Virus record (IMG/VR): IMGVR_UViG_3300043788_000176
Location: 56,566-120,565 of that record
Direction: 5' to 3' (one strand)
DNA: 64,000 nucleotides
From: a virus
Lineage: Duplodnaviria > Heunggongvirae > Uroviricota > Caudoviricetes
This document shows, piece after piece, positions 28,396 to 37,693 of the stretch. How positions within the stretch are numbered: position 1 is the stretch's first letter; the number at the start of each line of letters is the position of its first letter. Position numbers and translations under genes: made by a program. The notes beneath the pieces were generated by a model that saw only the letters and a list, made by a program, of their open reading frames with translations, did not search any database and was not told the origin of the DNA.

Positions 28396-29385
28396 ATGAC
28401 GCAAAAACCCAATCCCACCAATAAGATATGGCAAGCCGGGTTCGACGATGGCGCCAAGGGCGCGCGAGCCAAATCCAAGCTTCCCACATACCTCGCCGGT
28501 CACAAAGCCGGCTCAGACGCCGCCCGCGACGCAAAAACCATTGCCGATGAAAGGCTTAATCCAACGCCACCGGCGCCCAAAATCAGCGCTCCTTCGGCTG
28601 TCAGCGAACCCACACCGCAACCCAAGCCCCGCCACCCTCGCCCTGGCGGCCACAAAGCCCGCCGCGCCCAAATCATCGCCCAGACCGATCCGACCTCACC
28701 TAGCAGCACTCCCGTAACGCCAAAATCACCCCGTAACGCTACGCCAGAAAGCGACGCGCCGAAGACCTCCCGCAAACACGCTAAGCCGCAGAAGCCAAAG
28801 CGTTTCGCCGCTCATTTCATCGCCCCTCGCGGCCGGGGCCAGCCTACTAAATACAATGACTCCCTCGCCTCAACCATCCTCCGCCTCATGACCACCGGAA
28901 TGTCCCTTAAGCGTATCTGTGACCAGCCAGGCATGCCTTGTGCCGATTCCGTGTACTATTGGCAGGCGATTCACCCTGACTTCTCCGTGAGATACGCTCG
29001 CGCGATGCTTGATCGGGCTCAATTCTGGGCTGAGGAGATACTAGACATTTCGGACGATGGGTCTAACGATTGGGTTGAACAGCAGCGGAACGGGAAAACC
29101 GTAATGGTCGGCGACCATGAGCATATTCAGCGCTCGCGGTTGCGGGTCGACACGCGTAAGTTCTTGATGGCAAAGCTAGATCCGAAACGGTGGGGCGATA
29201 AGATTCAGGTCAGCGGTGATGCGGACAATCCGCTGCAGATCTCGGTTCGAGACTTGGCCAAGGAACAGCACGCGCTATCGCCTCCTGAGCTGGCGGCGTT
29301 GCAGGCTTTCGCCGAGGCGCGGCGCAACGCGACCGAGATAGAGTCAGTCAATGCTGGCTCGACCGATGCGAGTGAATCCGACTAA
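28396..29385 (+). CDS. terminase small subunit-like protein with a long basic/Pro-rich N-terminal extension
   Basis: PTKYNDSLASTILRLMTTGMSLKRICDQPGMPCADSVYYWQAIHPDFSVRYARAMLDRAQFWAEEI matches the common TerS HTH core (PtkY...G.S...IC..gvs..T.Y.W...h.eF). Confidence 0.45.
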   Translation: MTQKPNPTNKIWQAGFDDGAKGARAKSKLPTYLAGHKAGSDAARDAKTIADERLNPTPPAPKISAPSAVSEPTPQPKPRHPRPGGHKARRAQIIAQTDPTSPSSTPVTPKSPRNATPESDAPKTSRKHAKPQKPKRFAAHFIAPRGRGQPTKYNDSLASTILRLMTTGMSLKRICDQPGMPCADSVYYWQAIHPDFSVRYARAMLDRAQFWAEEILDISDDGSNDWVEQQRNGKTVMVGDHEHIQRSRLRVDTRKFLMAKLDPKRWGDKIQVSGDADNPLQISVRDLAKEQHALSPPELAALQAFAEARRNATEIESVNAGSTDASESD

Positions 29386-29920
29386 CACACTGATATAGCT
29401 AATGCATTTGGGTTGTCGCCGTAGTCGCGACAATGGGTGTTATCCCTAGTAGCTAAACTCGTTTTCCTGAGCCGGAACTGTGCTGGCCGGCGATCTGGCA
29501 CGCTTTGACCCCCGTACACCCCGCTGGCTGAGTCGGCCTATTGCGTGATTCCGCCCTCGACCTTCGCGAAAAATTCCCAGGAAATTCGGGGAATGTTGGG
29601 GGTGTTGACGATTGTGCTTGATTTTTGCGTTACCGTAACGCTAAATTCCTTGGCATGAAGATTGGCCCGAAGGAGGCTCAGCGGCGAGCGTTACGGGAGT
29701 GGGGCGGGTCACGTTTGGCGACGAAGATTGTTGACGGGCGGTGCGATGTTCCTGTTGACGCCGGGGACCCGGCAACTGAGGAAGCTGGAACATCTGCGTC
29801 GGTTTCGGGTTCACGAAGGCGGGGGCGACCTCGGCTTGAGTTGTCTGGCGAGGAGCGTGTAACGCTAAAACGTGAGCAGACGAAGGCTCGCGTTGCGGCG
29901 CATCGGGCTAAGCGGAGGGG

Positions 29921-30124
29921 GTGATGGGTGAGTTTGAAAGCCGCGACGGGTTTCCGTATTTTTGGTTAGGGGCGGAGGCTGAGAGCATTCCGACCCCGTG
30001 GCGGACGGTGTGGCTTGGGTCGTCCACTGAGGAGCGCGCGCCTGCGCCGAAGTTTGACCGGGCGGCGTACCAGCGGGAGTACATGCGACGGCGGCGTGCG
30101 GCGCAGGTGAGGAAATCGGAATGA
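29921..30124 (+). CDS. hypothetical small basic protein (C-terminal AYQREYMRRRRA motif)
   Basis: 67-aa ORF that shares a C-terminal motif and a DNA-level repeat with 30835..30992. Confidence 0.3.
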   Translation: MMGEFESRDGFPYFWLGAEAESIPTPWRTVWLGSSTEERAPAPKFDRAAYQREYMRRRRAAQVRKSE

Positions 30125-30339
30125 GTTTACCGACGGTGAGGTGTCCGCACTGTGGTGGGGGGCACTTTATATGGGGGTGTCCGTCTACGGGGTTGGTCTC
30201 GAAGAGTGAGGGGTCTTCGAGGGGGCGTGGCGCGGCGTTATGTGCGCCTCCGGGGGAGTGTGAGTATTGCGACCGGCGTCGGGCGTATGCGGCCTCGTCG
30301 ATGAGGAGGAGCAGGGCGAAGCGGACGGGAGGGGGTTGA
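30121..30339 (+). CDS. small CxxC zinc-ribbon protein
   Basis: MSLPTVRCPHCGGGHFIWGCP ... CEYCDRRRAY. Paralogous N-terminus with 30549..30838. Confidence 0.3.
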   Translation: MSLPTVRCPHCGGGHFIWGCPSTGLVSKSEGSSRGRGAALCAPPGECEYCDRRRAYAASSMRRSRAKRTGGG

Positions 30340-30548
30340 GAATGATGTTGGGCTTGGGAGGGGTAGGTGTGATGTGGCAGCGGAGTGCTGCGGTGCAGCA
30401 CACGATGCGCCGGATCACGGAGGGGATTCAGGCGGGTTTGGTGGCGGTTCTGTATCTGGCGCACGACTGGTGGTGGGCGACGGCGCTTCTGTTGATCATG
30501 GCGGCGACTCTGGTGGCCGAGGTGAGGAATCTGCGGAGGGGGTCGGAA

Positions 30549-30838
30549 TGAGCGTGCCAGATTTGGTGAGGTGTTCGAATTGCGGTGGGATGCACGCGGT
30601 ATTTGTGTGTCCTGGGCCGCGGGCGATTTTGTGGAGTGAGGTTGACGCGGCATTGGCGCGGGCTGATCCGTATGAGGCGAATGCGCGTCTGATCGCGGCG
30701 GCGCCGCAGCTTTACGACGCTCTGGTTGCGGTGGTCGCGCTGCTCCGTGCGTTTGTTCATGAGGACACTGATAGGCTGGCGGCGGCGGTTCTTTCTGGGG
30801 CGCGGGCGGCGCTGGCCAAGGCGGAGGGATCGGGATGA
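30549..30838 (+). CDS. small CxxC zinc-ribbon protein
   Basis: MSVPDLVRCSNCGGMHAVFVCPGP. Internal ATG start chosen. Confidence 0.3.
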
Positions 30839-30992
30839 TTGCGATGCGGACGAATCTGCTGCCGAGGATTGCGGCGCCAGTAGAGGTTGTGGCGCCGCTA
30901 AAGGTAGGGGCATTGCCGAAGCGGCGGAAGCCGCAGGCGAAGCGCGATCGGAAGGCGTACATGCGCGGGTACATGGCGCGGCGGCGGGCTAA
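30835..30992 (+). CDS. hypothetical small basic protein (C-terminal AYMRGYMARRRA motif)
   Basis: Start overlaps the upstream stop. Basic C-terminal motif repeats that of 29921..30124. Confidence 0.3.
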
Positions 30993-31010
30993 GGCGGAGG
31001 ATGGGACGAT

Positions 31011-31250
31011 ATGATCATTAGACGTGGGGACGGAACAACGGAATATGGCCCCGGCGTGAGCATCGATTTAAGTGGAGAAGAGATTGCGCAGGCCATTAGC
31101 TCGTACCTTGTGGCTCACGGCATCCATGTGGATGGGGCTCGCACAATAACCACCAACGGCGAGTTCTGCGAGACAGGGCGGGTATACGTTGACCCGTCTG
31201 GGTTTGTTGTGTGCGGCGAGCGCAAGATTTCCGGGCGGGGATGGGAATGA
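31011..31250 (+). CDS. hypothetical small protein
   Basis: 79-aa ORF with an ATGA overlap with the next gene. Confidence 0.3.
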   Translation: MIIRRGDGTTEYGPGVSIDLSGEEIAQAISSYLVAHGIHVDGARTITTNGEFCETGRVYVDPSGFVVCGERKISGRGWE

Positions 31251-31519
31251 GCAAAGCGATGGTCGAGCGGGTCGCGCGGCTGCTTTATCGGCAACGTCAC
31301 GGAGACCCTGACGCTTCCCCAGCGTGGCGGCGTTACGTCGCTGATGCCAGCGAGCTAATCGCTGCGATGCGCGTGCCGACGGAGGCGATGCAGTTGGCTG
31401 GACATAACAAACGCAACGACCCCGCAACCGGCCTTCCAACAAGTTGCGGCACGGACGAAATCTACACTGCGATGATTGACGCCGCGCTGAGTGAGGGGGG
31501 TGGGGATGAACTCTCTTGA
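31247..31519 (+). CDS. hypothetical small protein
   Basis: Internal ATG start MSKAMVERVARLLYRQRHG. Confidence 0.3.
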   Translation: MSKAMVERVARLLYRQRHGDPDASPAWRRYVADASELIAAMRVPTEAMQLAGHNKRNDPATGLPTSCGTDEIYTAMIDAALSEGGGDELS

Positions 31520-31777
31520 CTGGGTAGCCGAATTCAGGGAGCGCGCGAAAGCGATTATTCAGCGCCGACGTCGCTGTTGGCTGTGGCATCGCTATGTTTG
31601 GGACTCCGAGCCATTTGTTGGCCTCAGACGAGGGTATAGCTCGCCTTGGCTATTTCAAATGGGTCGATGTCGATGTGGGCGGCTCGAACAGCGGGAACTT
31701 GGCCCAGCGCGTATCATTACGCACCGCGGTCAGAAGATCGCAACCGCTCAGCTCCACGACGATTGAGGCAATCGCTG

Positions 31778-32062
31778 ATGGCTGCGATAAAATGCGATGT
31801 ATGCGGGGGATTTTTCGCTTACGGCGAGGTAAGTCATCCTGATTGCAAGCCTCCCTTCCGGCGTCGCGCGACGCCTGACGACGACATCCCCGTCAGCGCG
31901 GACGCGATGGTTGCGGGTGCTAAGGCGCTCGGCGATGTATTGGATAACATGGGGAGCATGAAGATGGGCGATGCCGCTGTCGCCATCTACCGCGCGATGG
32001 AGCGGGTGCGGCGCGCCGAGGCTGACGCCGAGGTCATTCGCCGGAGCGTCAAGCAGGATTAA
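31778..32062 (+). CDS. small CxxC protein
   Basis: MAAIKCDVCGGFFAYGEVSHPDCKPPF. Internal ATG with a GAGG Shine-Dalgarno. Confidence 0.3.
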   Translation: MAAIKCDVCGGFFAYGEVSHPDCKPPFRRRATPDDDIPVSADAMVAGAKALGDVLDNMGSMKMGDAAVAIYRAMERVRRAEADAEVIRRSVKQD

Positions 32063-32077
32063 CCGAGGGAGACGACG

Positions 32078-32395
32078 ATGCCATTTGATGGAACACAACT
32101 CAGCAACTCAGTCGCGGCGGATTTGCTGCGAGCGCGGGCGTATTTGGTCGAGCATGGTTGGCACCAGGGAAGCTATGGCTATGATGGTGGTCCGCATTGC
32201 CTGCTAGGGGCAATCCACAGAGCCATCGATGACGAGTGCCACGACTGGCGGTTCACTGATGCGTGTCGGGCGCTTGGCCCGTTCGTTGATCAGGATGTAA
32301 TCCATGTGTGGAATGACGTGCCTGGTCGCACTTTTGATCAGGTATTGGCGGCACTTGATCACGCGATTGCATCGGCGATGGCCGAGACCGCGTAA
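32078..32395 (+). CDS. MPFDG-family protein 1 (paralogous small-protein family, unknown function)
   Basis: Starts MPFDGT. Motifs LLRARAYLVEHGWHQG, CLLGAI, WNDVPGRTFDQVLAALDHAI are shared with 7 other ORFs. GAGGGAGA Shine-Dalgarno. Confidence 0.5.
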   Translation: MPFDGTQLSNSVAADLLRARAYLVEHGWHQGSYGYDGGPHCLLGAIHRAIDDECHDWRFTDACRALGPFVDQDVIHVWNDVPGRTFDQVLAALDHAIASAMAETA

Positions 32396-32428
32396 AAATT
32401 CCCAGAAATTTTTGTGAGGTTTGGGGCG

Positions 32429-32656
32429 ATGAGCGACGGGACGGGGGTTGCGGCACTGTCTTTCTGGGAAGATATCGCGACGGCGCCGACTGACGGCACG
32501 GCCTTTTACGCCGTGATTCATGGGGTTGACATGGAAAAGTACGACAACCCAGGTCAGGCGGTATGTGTCTTTGATTCGGATGGGCAGTGCCGGGTTGCGA
32601 CGGGATGGGTCAAGTGCATCGCGACCCGCTGGCATCCGCTGATGCCCGATGTCTGA
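32429..32656 (+). CDS. hypothetical small protein
   Basis: Internal ATG start MSDGTGVAALSFWEDIATAPTDGTAFYAVIHG. Confidence 0.25.
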   Translation: MSDGTGVAALSFWEDIATAPTDGTAFYAVIHGVDMEKYDNPGQAVCVFDSDGQCRVATGWVKCIATRWHPLMPDV

Positions 32657-32885
32657 GATCAGCGAGCGGATGCTGCTGGCGGGCACCTTGGCGATTGTGA
32701 AGAACCGCGGGGTTTCCGAAAAAGACAAGGAATTCTACAACCTTGACGACTGGCGCTGGTGCCAAGACGACGCCCGCGCGAGCTATCTGGCGATGGAGGC
32801 TGAGAGACAGCGGGAAGAGGCCGAGAACGAGCGCCGAATCGCGTGGCTGCGCGACTCAGCAGCCAAGATCAGGAGCGCTGAATGA
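32649..32885 (+). CDS. hypothetical small protein
   Basis: 78-aa ORF with overlapping start/stop in an operon arrangement. Confidence 0.25.
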   Translation: MSEISERMLLAGTLAIVKNRGVSEKDKEFYNLDDWRWCQDDARASYLAMEAERQREEAENERRIAWLRDSAAKIRSAE

Positions 32886-33133
32886 CCGAGCCGACAACAG
32901 CCGACCGCGAAGCAGCGCACGCAGCGCTTGCGAATTATTGGCATTCCAACAACCCGGCTGCAAATGCAGACATGGCGAGGCAGGTAGCTCGCTTTCTCGC
33001 CGCGGCCCGCGCGGAGGAGCGTGAGCGGTGCGCCAAGATCGCAGAGTCTGCGTTCGACCGCGATCCCGTCGATCCTTCCGATGCAGAAGCGGATGCGACC
33101 TGGATTGCCGCAAAGATCAGGAGCGGCGAATGA
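32882..33133 (+). CDS. hypothetical small protein
   Basis: 83-aa ORF with an ATGA overlap. Confidence 0.25.
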   Translation: MTEPTTADREAAHAALANYWHSNNPAANADMARQVARFLAAARAEERERCAKIAESAFDRDPVDPSDAEADATWIAAKIRSGE

Positions 33134-33456
33134 ACATCATCGAACAGTGCGCCAAGTGTTGCCGCGAACAATTTGGCCATAGGCCAGTCCCAGACTGGTG
33201 GGAGCAGATGCACCAGGGCGCTCGCGAGCACTGGATCGCCGGGACGAATGCTGTTCTCGCCGAGTTCGCGCGGCTGGCGCATTGCGAGGAGATGGTCGAG
33301 AAGATAGCTAAGGCGCTGTACGACGATTGGCGGGACGAGATTGATCCGCCGGCCGATGAGCCGTGGGAAGAGGCCGAAGGCTTTCAAGCGCTGTGGAAAC
33401 AGAGAGCCAGACACGTCCTCGCCGCACTGTTCCGCGGAACCGGGGTGACTCCATGA
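33130..33456 (+). CDS. hypothetical small protein (CxxC at N-terminus)
   Basis: MNIIEQCAKCCREQFGH. ATGA overlap with the upstream ORF. Confidence 0.25.
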   Translation: MNIIEQCAKCCREQFGHRPVPDWWEQMHQGAREHWIAGTNAVLAEFARLAHCEEMVEKIAKALYDDWRDEIDPPADEPWEEAEGFQALWKQRARHVLAALFRGTGVTP

Positions 33457-33526
33457 TCCCGCTGGCTCGCGTTTTAGTGTGGCTCGGCATCCCGACCGCA
33501 GCGTGGTTTCTGATCGTGTGGCTGGG

Positions 33527-33760
33527 TTAGTCTGTCCCAGCCTGCGCGGTCAGCGCAGTGCTCAGACTTTGGTTGATCGCAAGCTGTGCCGCAGCGGGTG
33601 GTCCAGCGACGGTCCAGTATTGACCGCTCTGCATCCGAACGGTGGTGTTGTTGGGGCCGTTTGGCCCGACCGATTCGACATGCTCGCCAGAGATGTACTC
33701 GATGGTCAGGCTATTCGCCAAGGTGAACGGGATCAGCATTTTATCGCCAGAACGGCCCAC
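33527..33760 (-). CDS. hypothetical small protein (inverted islet)
   Basis: 77-aa minus-strand ORF inside an otherwise plus-strand region. Confidence 0.25.
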   Translation of the reverse strand: MGRSGDKMLIPFTLANSLTIEYISGEHVESVGPNGPNNTTVRMQSGQYWTVAGPPAAAQLAINQSLSTALTAQAGTD

Positions 33761-34115
33761 GTAACGGCGATGGATCTTCGGCCGGTTCTAGGCCAACCGG
33801 GGTTTCAAGCCGTTCCTTCATCACCGCCAACTCGGCGCGCGCTTGGTCGCGCTCATGCAGAGCTGTGTCACGTTCGATCGTCATCGCCTGTAGCGCGCAC
33901 CGATGTTCTTCGGCTGCCGCGAGAGCGGCGAGGAATTTGCTCTCCATCCGCTTCCGAGCCTCGTCGGCTTCGGTGGCTGTGCCAGACGCGTGATTACAAC
34001 CGAAGAGCGAGCCGACACCACCGATGGTCATCGGCACAGGCTCCCAGATCAGGTGCTGCGCCTGCATCTGCATCCACGCCTGCTGCATGGCTTGGTTGAA
34101 GTTTTGGTCAGCCAT
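33741..34115 (-). CDS. hypothetical coiled-coil protein (inverted islet)
   Basis: Gln/Met-rich N-terminus (MADQNFNQAMQQAWMQMQAQ) and a coiled-coil C-terminus. Internal ATG preferred over the TTG of the longer ORF. Confidence 0.3.
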   Translation of the reverse strand: MADQNFNQAMQQAWMQMQAQHLIWEPVPMTIGGVGSLFGCNHASGTATEADEARKRMESKFLAALAAAEEHRCALQAMTIERDTALHERDQARAELAVMKERLETPVGLEPAEDPSPLRGPFWR

Positions 34116-34247
34116 CGCGATCACTCCCGTTATCCCTTCGAGCAGACAATACCCGATCGCCCGATCTCGGCGCAATCCCCGCGTTGACCCTCTTGACAGA
34201 CGCCCGAGATAGCGTTAATGTCCCCAACTCATCAGAGAGAGGGACAG

Positions 34248-34886
34248 ATGCGTAGCTTACTTCTGGCTGCCACGGCGGTCATGGCGTTAACTATCACGGC
34301 GGCGCGAGCCGATCAGATCACGGGCGGGGCTGGCGGAGACTGGGCGACGACAGGGTCGGGAGGCGGAGCGCTCAGCATGAGCACAGGCGGTTGGTCGGCA
34401 ACGGCGTTCGATCCAGCCGACGATTTGGGGAATGCGGTTTTTGGCGCCTCATCCCTCACGACCAATGTGCAGTCGGCCGGTGTGTTTTCTGTGAAGACCG
34501 GGGGTGTGCAGTCGTTCTCATTCACCAGCGGCGCGAACACGCTGGATGGCACCCTCCACTTGGCGGACGTTGTTGACAATTCGTTGAATCCCCATGTTGA
34601 CGGGACGCTCGACATCACCGCGGTGACGGGAGATCTTCTGTCCACGTTTACGGTCGGCGGCACGGCGTCGTTCGACGCGATCATGGAAGATGTGACGACG
34701 CGGCTGGATGCCTTGTCGCTCACCAAAAATGAGGAGAATATTTTTACCAGCAGCATTGAGATCGTACCAAACAACGTCCCCGAGCCGGCTTCGGCCTTGC
34801 TGCTCGGCGTCGGGTTGCTCGGTATCGGTTGGATAAGGCGCCGCCGCGCACCCGCCGCGATGCGGGCAGGCGTCGGCGGCGTCTGA
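34248..34886 (+). CDS. PEP-CTERM sorting-domain secreted protein
   Basis: Signal peptide MRSLLLAATAVMALTITAARA. C-terminus VPEPASALLLGVGLLGIGWIRRRR is the canonical PEP-CTERM (VPEP, TM helix, Arg cluster). Confidence 0.55.
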   Translation: MRSLLLAATAVMALTITAARADQITGGAGGDWATTGSGGGALSMSTGGWSATAFDPADDLGNAVFGASSLTTNVQSAGVFSVKTGGVQSFSFTSGANTLDGTLHLADVVDNSLNPHVDGTLDITAVTGDLLSTFTVGGTASFDAIMEDVTTRLDALSLTKNEENIFTSSIEIVPNNVPEPASALLLGVGLLGIGWIRRRRAPAAMRAGVGGV

Positions 34887-35065
34887 TTAACCAGCTCTGC
34901 CGCCTTTAGCGTTTCAGGCGGCGAGACGCGGAGCCGGTGGACTCCGTGGTCCTCCCAAACTTGACCCGGTTCGCCGGGTCTTTTTTCGTTCCCGCCAAAA
35001 TGACGCTTGCCTCACGCAGCGGTGTTGGTTATGCTAACCCCATTCGACTCATCAAGGGGATGACA

Positions 35066-35428
35066 ATGCCATTCGATGACAACACGATCCTGTCCTATCG
35101 CGAGGAGACGCCGCTTGACCGGCGGCGTCAACTGATCGCCGCCCTGCGGAACCTGCCAAAAGAATTCGAGTGGAACTTCGCTGTGGACAGAAAGAAGGCC
35201 GAATGCGGCAGTCAGGGGTGCGCACTCGGGCTGGCCAGCATCCTGTGGCCGGACAGAGTTGATGCGGAAAGACCTCGTTTTAGCGCGGTCGGCAGGCAAA
35301 TCGGGCTTTCGCCAGAAGCTACCTACCATATCATGGGTTTTGAGGGGCGCTTCGCTTGTTACGATATATGCAAGGTTACCGCCGCGATGGTCGCCGACGC
35401 CCTAGAGGAGACGATCGATGCCGTTTGA
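35066..35428 (+). CDS. MPFDG-family protein 2 (divergent member)
   Basis: Starts MPFDDNT. Retains the GCALGLASILW core. AAGGGGA Shine-Dalgarno. Confidence 0.4.
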   Translation: MPFDDNTILSYREETPLDRRRQLIAALRNLPKEFEWNFAVDRKKAECGSQGCALGLASILWPDRVDAERPRFSAVGRQIGLSPEATYHIMGFEGRFACYDICKVTAAMVADALEETIDAV

Positions 35429-35762
35429 TAATCTCCCGGTTGTTTCAAATCCGGTGCGCGACGTGATCGACCAAGCGATTGAGCGCATCGAGACCGATGG
35501 CTGGTGCCAGGGATCTCGGGGTGTGCACCCAAAAGGCACCAGAGGGCTCAGCGTTTGCCTGCTCGGCGCGATCGGGATTTGCCAAGTCTGGGGATGTTAC
35601 TTTGCGCTTACCCCAGATGTCGAGGAAGCGAAGCGATTGCTCGCCGAGATGATTCCGCGGTGCGGAGACGAGCAGCACTCGCTCTTTATGTGGAATGACG
35701 ATCCCCAGCGCACCCGCGACGAAGTGATTGATTTGCTGAAGCGAGCCCGCGACCTAGCGTAA
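35418..35762 (+). CDS. MPFDG-family protein 3
   Basis: MPFDNLP...GWCQGSRG...CLLGAIG...MWNDDPQRTRDEVIDLLKRA. Confidence 0.5.
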   Translation: MPFDNLPVVSNPVRDVIDQAIERIETDGWCQGSRGVHPKGTRGLSVCLLGAIGICQVWGCYFALTPDVEEAKRLLAEMIPRCGDEQHSLFMWNDDPQRTRDEVIDLLKRARDLA

Positions 35763-35775
35763 CAAGGAGATTAGC

Positions 35776-36159
35776 ATGCCGTTTGACGGAACGACGAGCC
35801 CAACCCTCGAAACCCTGATCCGCGCAAGACAAATCCTCGCTGAGGGTGGGTGGCTTCAGCACACCTTATCTGATGATCTCGGTCGAGTATGCGCAATCGG
35901 AGCGCTGCTCAAAGGTCATCGTGCCATGGCAGGTCGCGATGACCGTAGCTCGATCCTCCCTGCTATCAGAGTCCTCGTTGAGGCCAATCAACTGCCGCCA
36001 GAGGATGATCATCGTTTATCCACTCCCGAAGCAGCCCGATTGCAGATCAGCGTCGTCAGATGGAATAACGCCGCCGGTCGGACCAAAGAAGAAGTGCTCG
36101 ACGCGTTCGACCGAGCCATCGAAAGCCTAATTCCGAGGAGTCATTGCGATGCCGTTTGA
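35776..36159 (+). CDS. MPFDG-family protein 4
   Basis: MPFDGTTSPTLETLIRARQILAEGGWLQ...CAIGALL...RWNNAAGRTKEEVLDAFDRAI. AAGGAGA Shine-Dalgarno. Confidence 0.5.
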   Translation: MPFDGTTSPTLETLIRARQILAEGGWLQHTLSDDLGRVCAIGALLKGHRAMAGRDDRSSILPAIRVLVEANQLPPEDDHRLSTPEAARLQISVVRWNNAAGRTKEEVLDAFDRAIESLIPRSHCDAV

Positions 36160-36469
36160 CGGCGCTGAACTGAACGAGACCGCCACCACCCTCCTCCGCG
36201 CGCGGCAATATTTAGTGGAGCGCGGCTGGTGCAAGGGCGCATTTGGGGATGATGGGTCGCCTCGTTGTATGGTCGGTGCTATCCTGAGCGCGACTGGAGC
36301 GCGCGGATGTTTCGACCCTCTGATCTTGGGAGCAATGCGGGCACTGAAGTCTGTTACTGGCAGTCCCGGCACGGTCGTGGGATGGAATGACGCTCCTGAC
36401 CGCACCGAGCAGGAAGTGCTCGACGCCTTCGATCGAGCCGCCGCCATCGCTCATAGTGCCTCGCTATGA
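36149..36469 (+). CDS. MPFDG-family protein 5
   Basis: MPFDGAELNETATTLLRARQYLVERGWCKG...CMVGAIL...GWNDAPDRTEQEVLDAFDRA. Confidence 0.5.
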   Translation: MPFDGAELNETATTLLRARQYLVERGWCKGAFGDDGSPRCMVGAILSATGARGCFDPLILGAMRALKSVTGSPGTVVGWNDAPDRTEQEVLDAFDRAAAIAHSASL

Positions 36470-36702
36470 GCGGCGAGATGGACGAGTTGTTTGTCTGGGT
36501 CGAGGACGGCCCAGACGACAAAGAGGGGACGATCGCCACGATTATCCCAGGGTTTTCGGCTGGTCCGATACCCCTCCAGTCCCGCAGTCGCGCCATTGCG
36601 ATGCAATTTCGCGAGTTCGCCGAAGCCCATCGCCAAGCGAGCGGCAACCCAGTACGCCTGCTGCGCTTCCGCCGCGATAGCGTGGTCGAGGAACTCCCCT
36701 AA
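36466..36702 (+). CDS. hypothetical small protein
   Basis: 78-aa ORF overlapping the upstream stop. Confidence 0.25.
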   Translation: MSGEMDELFVWVEDGPDDKEGTIATIIPGFSAGPIPLQSRSRAIAMQFREFAEAHRQASGNPVRLLRFRRDSVVEELP

Positions 36703-36717
36703 TATATAAGGTGAACG
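36697..36717 (+). promoter_or_regulatory. repeated promoter-like element CCCTAATATATAA (copy 1)
   Basis: CCCCTAATATATAAGGTGAAC immediately 5' of ATG 36718. Contains a TATATAA -10-like core. One of three near-identical copies. Confidence 0.35.
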
Positions 36718-37416
36718 ATGGACCAGATGATCATCGCCACCCCGCCGCAGGAGGACGAGATCGTCCTGTCGCTGATCGAGCAGAAGACGATCACCCACGA
36801 CACGGTGCGGATCAATGTTACGGTAGCCGCGCAACGCGACGCCGAGACCGACGAAACCGAACTGCGCCAGCGGATTCGGGCGGTATTGCGCAAATTTATC
36901 GAAGGCGAATGGCGGTTCACTGGGGTTCAGCGATTACAGGGGCAGACCCGATTCGAGATCGTCAACGTGCAGGCGGTGGTGCGAGCTTCCGAGAGCGAGA
37001 ACCGGCAACTGGCCGAACGCGCGAAGGCGGTGTCGCAGCAGGGTTTGGAATTGGTCAACCCGCAGGCGACATACGCTCTGCCGGTGGCGAAGGTGCGCGA
37101 GATCAATCGCGACTTGCGGGTCGCGCTGGCGACACAGGCTGCCGCCGAATGCGCGCTCTATAATAAGAACGTGGGACCGTCGGGGCTGTATCGCGTCGCC
37201 GTCATCGAATTTGCCGATACTTGGCGGCTCAATGCCCCACATGCAGGGCAGGCGGCGCAGACAATGCGGGCGTCTTCGGCATACGCCAACAACGTCTACA
37301 CGCCGAGCGGCGGCAGCGGAGCCGAGCCGGATGTCGAGGAGGGCGGGGCTGATCTCGGCGTCAGCGAGCGGTTCTGGGTCGCGGCCCAAGTCACCCTGCG
37401 CGCCAAGATCGCGTGA
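36718..37416 (+). CDS. hypothetical protein
   Basis: 232-aa ORF preceded by the repeated TATATAA element. Confidence 0.35.
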   Translation: MDQMIIATPPQEDEIVLSLIEQKTITHDTVRINVTVAAQRDAETDETELRQRIRAVLRKFIEGEWRFTGVQRLQGQTRFEIVNVQAVVRASESENRQLAERAKAVSQQGLELVNPQATYALPVAKVREINRDLRVALATQAAAECALYNKNVGPSGLYRVAVIEFADTWRLNAPHAGQAAQTMRASSAYANNVYTPSGGSGAEPDVEEGGADLGVSERFWVAAQVTLRAKIA

Positions 37417-37441
37417 CGCCCTAATATATAATGAGTCTCAC
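37417..37441 (+). promoter_or_regulatory. repeated promoter-like element CCCTAATATATAATGAGTC (copy 2)
   Basis: CGCCCTAATATATAATGAGTCTCAC directly upstream of ATG 37442. Confidence 0.35.
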
Positions 37442-37693
37442 ATGAGAGATCCGATCCGCGACCGCATCGGCGGCGGCACTCTTGATCCCGATCGGCTGTG
37501 GAAAATCCACGGACCAGATTGGCGGGGTGCTGTTACCGACTACAACAACGAAATCACCGGAGCTACGGCGGAGTTGGCCAATCTGCCAGAATGTCGTTAT
37601 GGCAACTACATTTGGCCGTTGCTCGATGCTTGCCGCCGTTTGGGCTATCGCATCGAGCAAGTTGACGAAAGGAGCCCAGACTATGCCATTTGA
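37442..37693 (+). CDS. hypothetical small protein
   Basis: MRDPIRDRIGGGTLDPDRLWKIHGPDWRGAV..., an internal Met of a longer ORF. Starts right after motif copy 2. Confidence 0.3.
   Translation: MRDPIRDRIGGGTLDPDRLWKIHGPDWRGAVTDYNNEITGATAELANLPECRYGNYIWPLLDACRRLGYRIEQVDERSPDYAI

Noticed and set aside
29865-30974. 369-aa Pro-rich minus-strand ORF
   Set aside because: Antisense to a stack of short plus-strand genes with proper Shine-Dalgarno sites and overlaps. Low-complexity PPP/RRR translation typical of the opposite strand of GC-rich coding DNA.
34937-35428. Longer upstream start (34937) for MPFDG member 2
   Set aside because: The family-conserved Met-Pro-Phe-Asp start with its own Shine-Dalgarno lies at 35066. 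The upstream extension is not conserved with paralogs.
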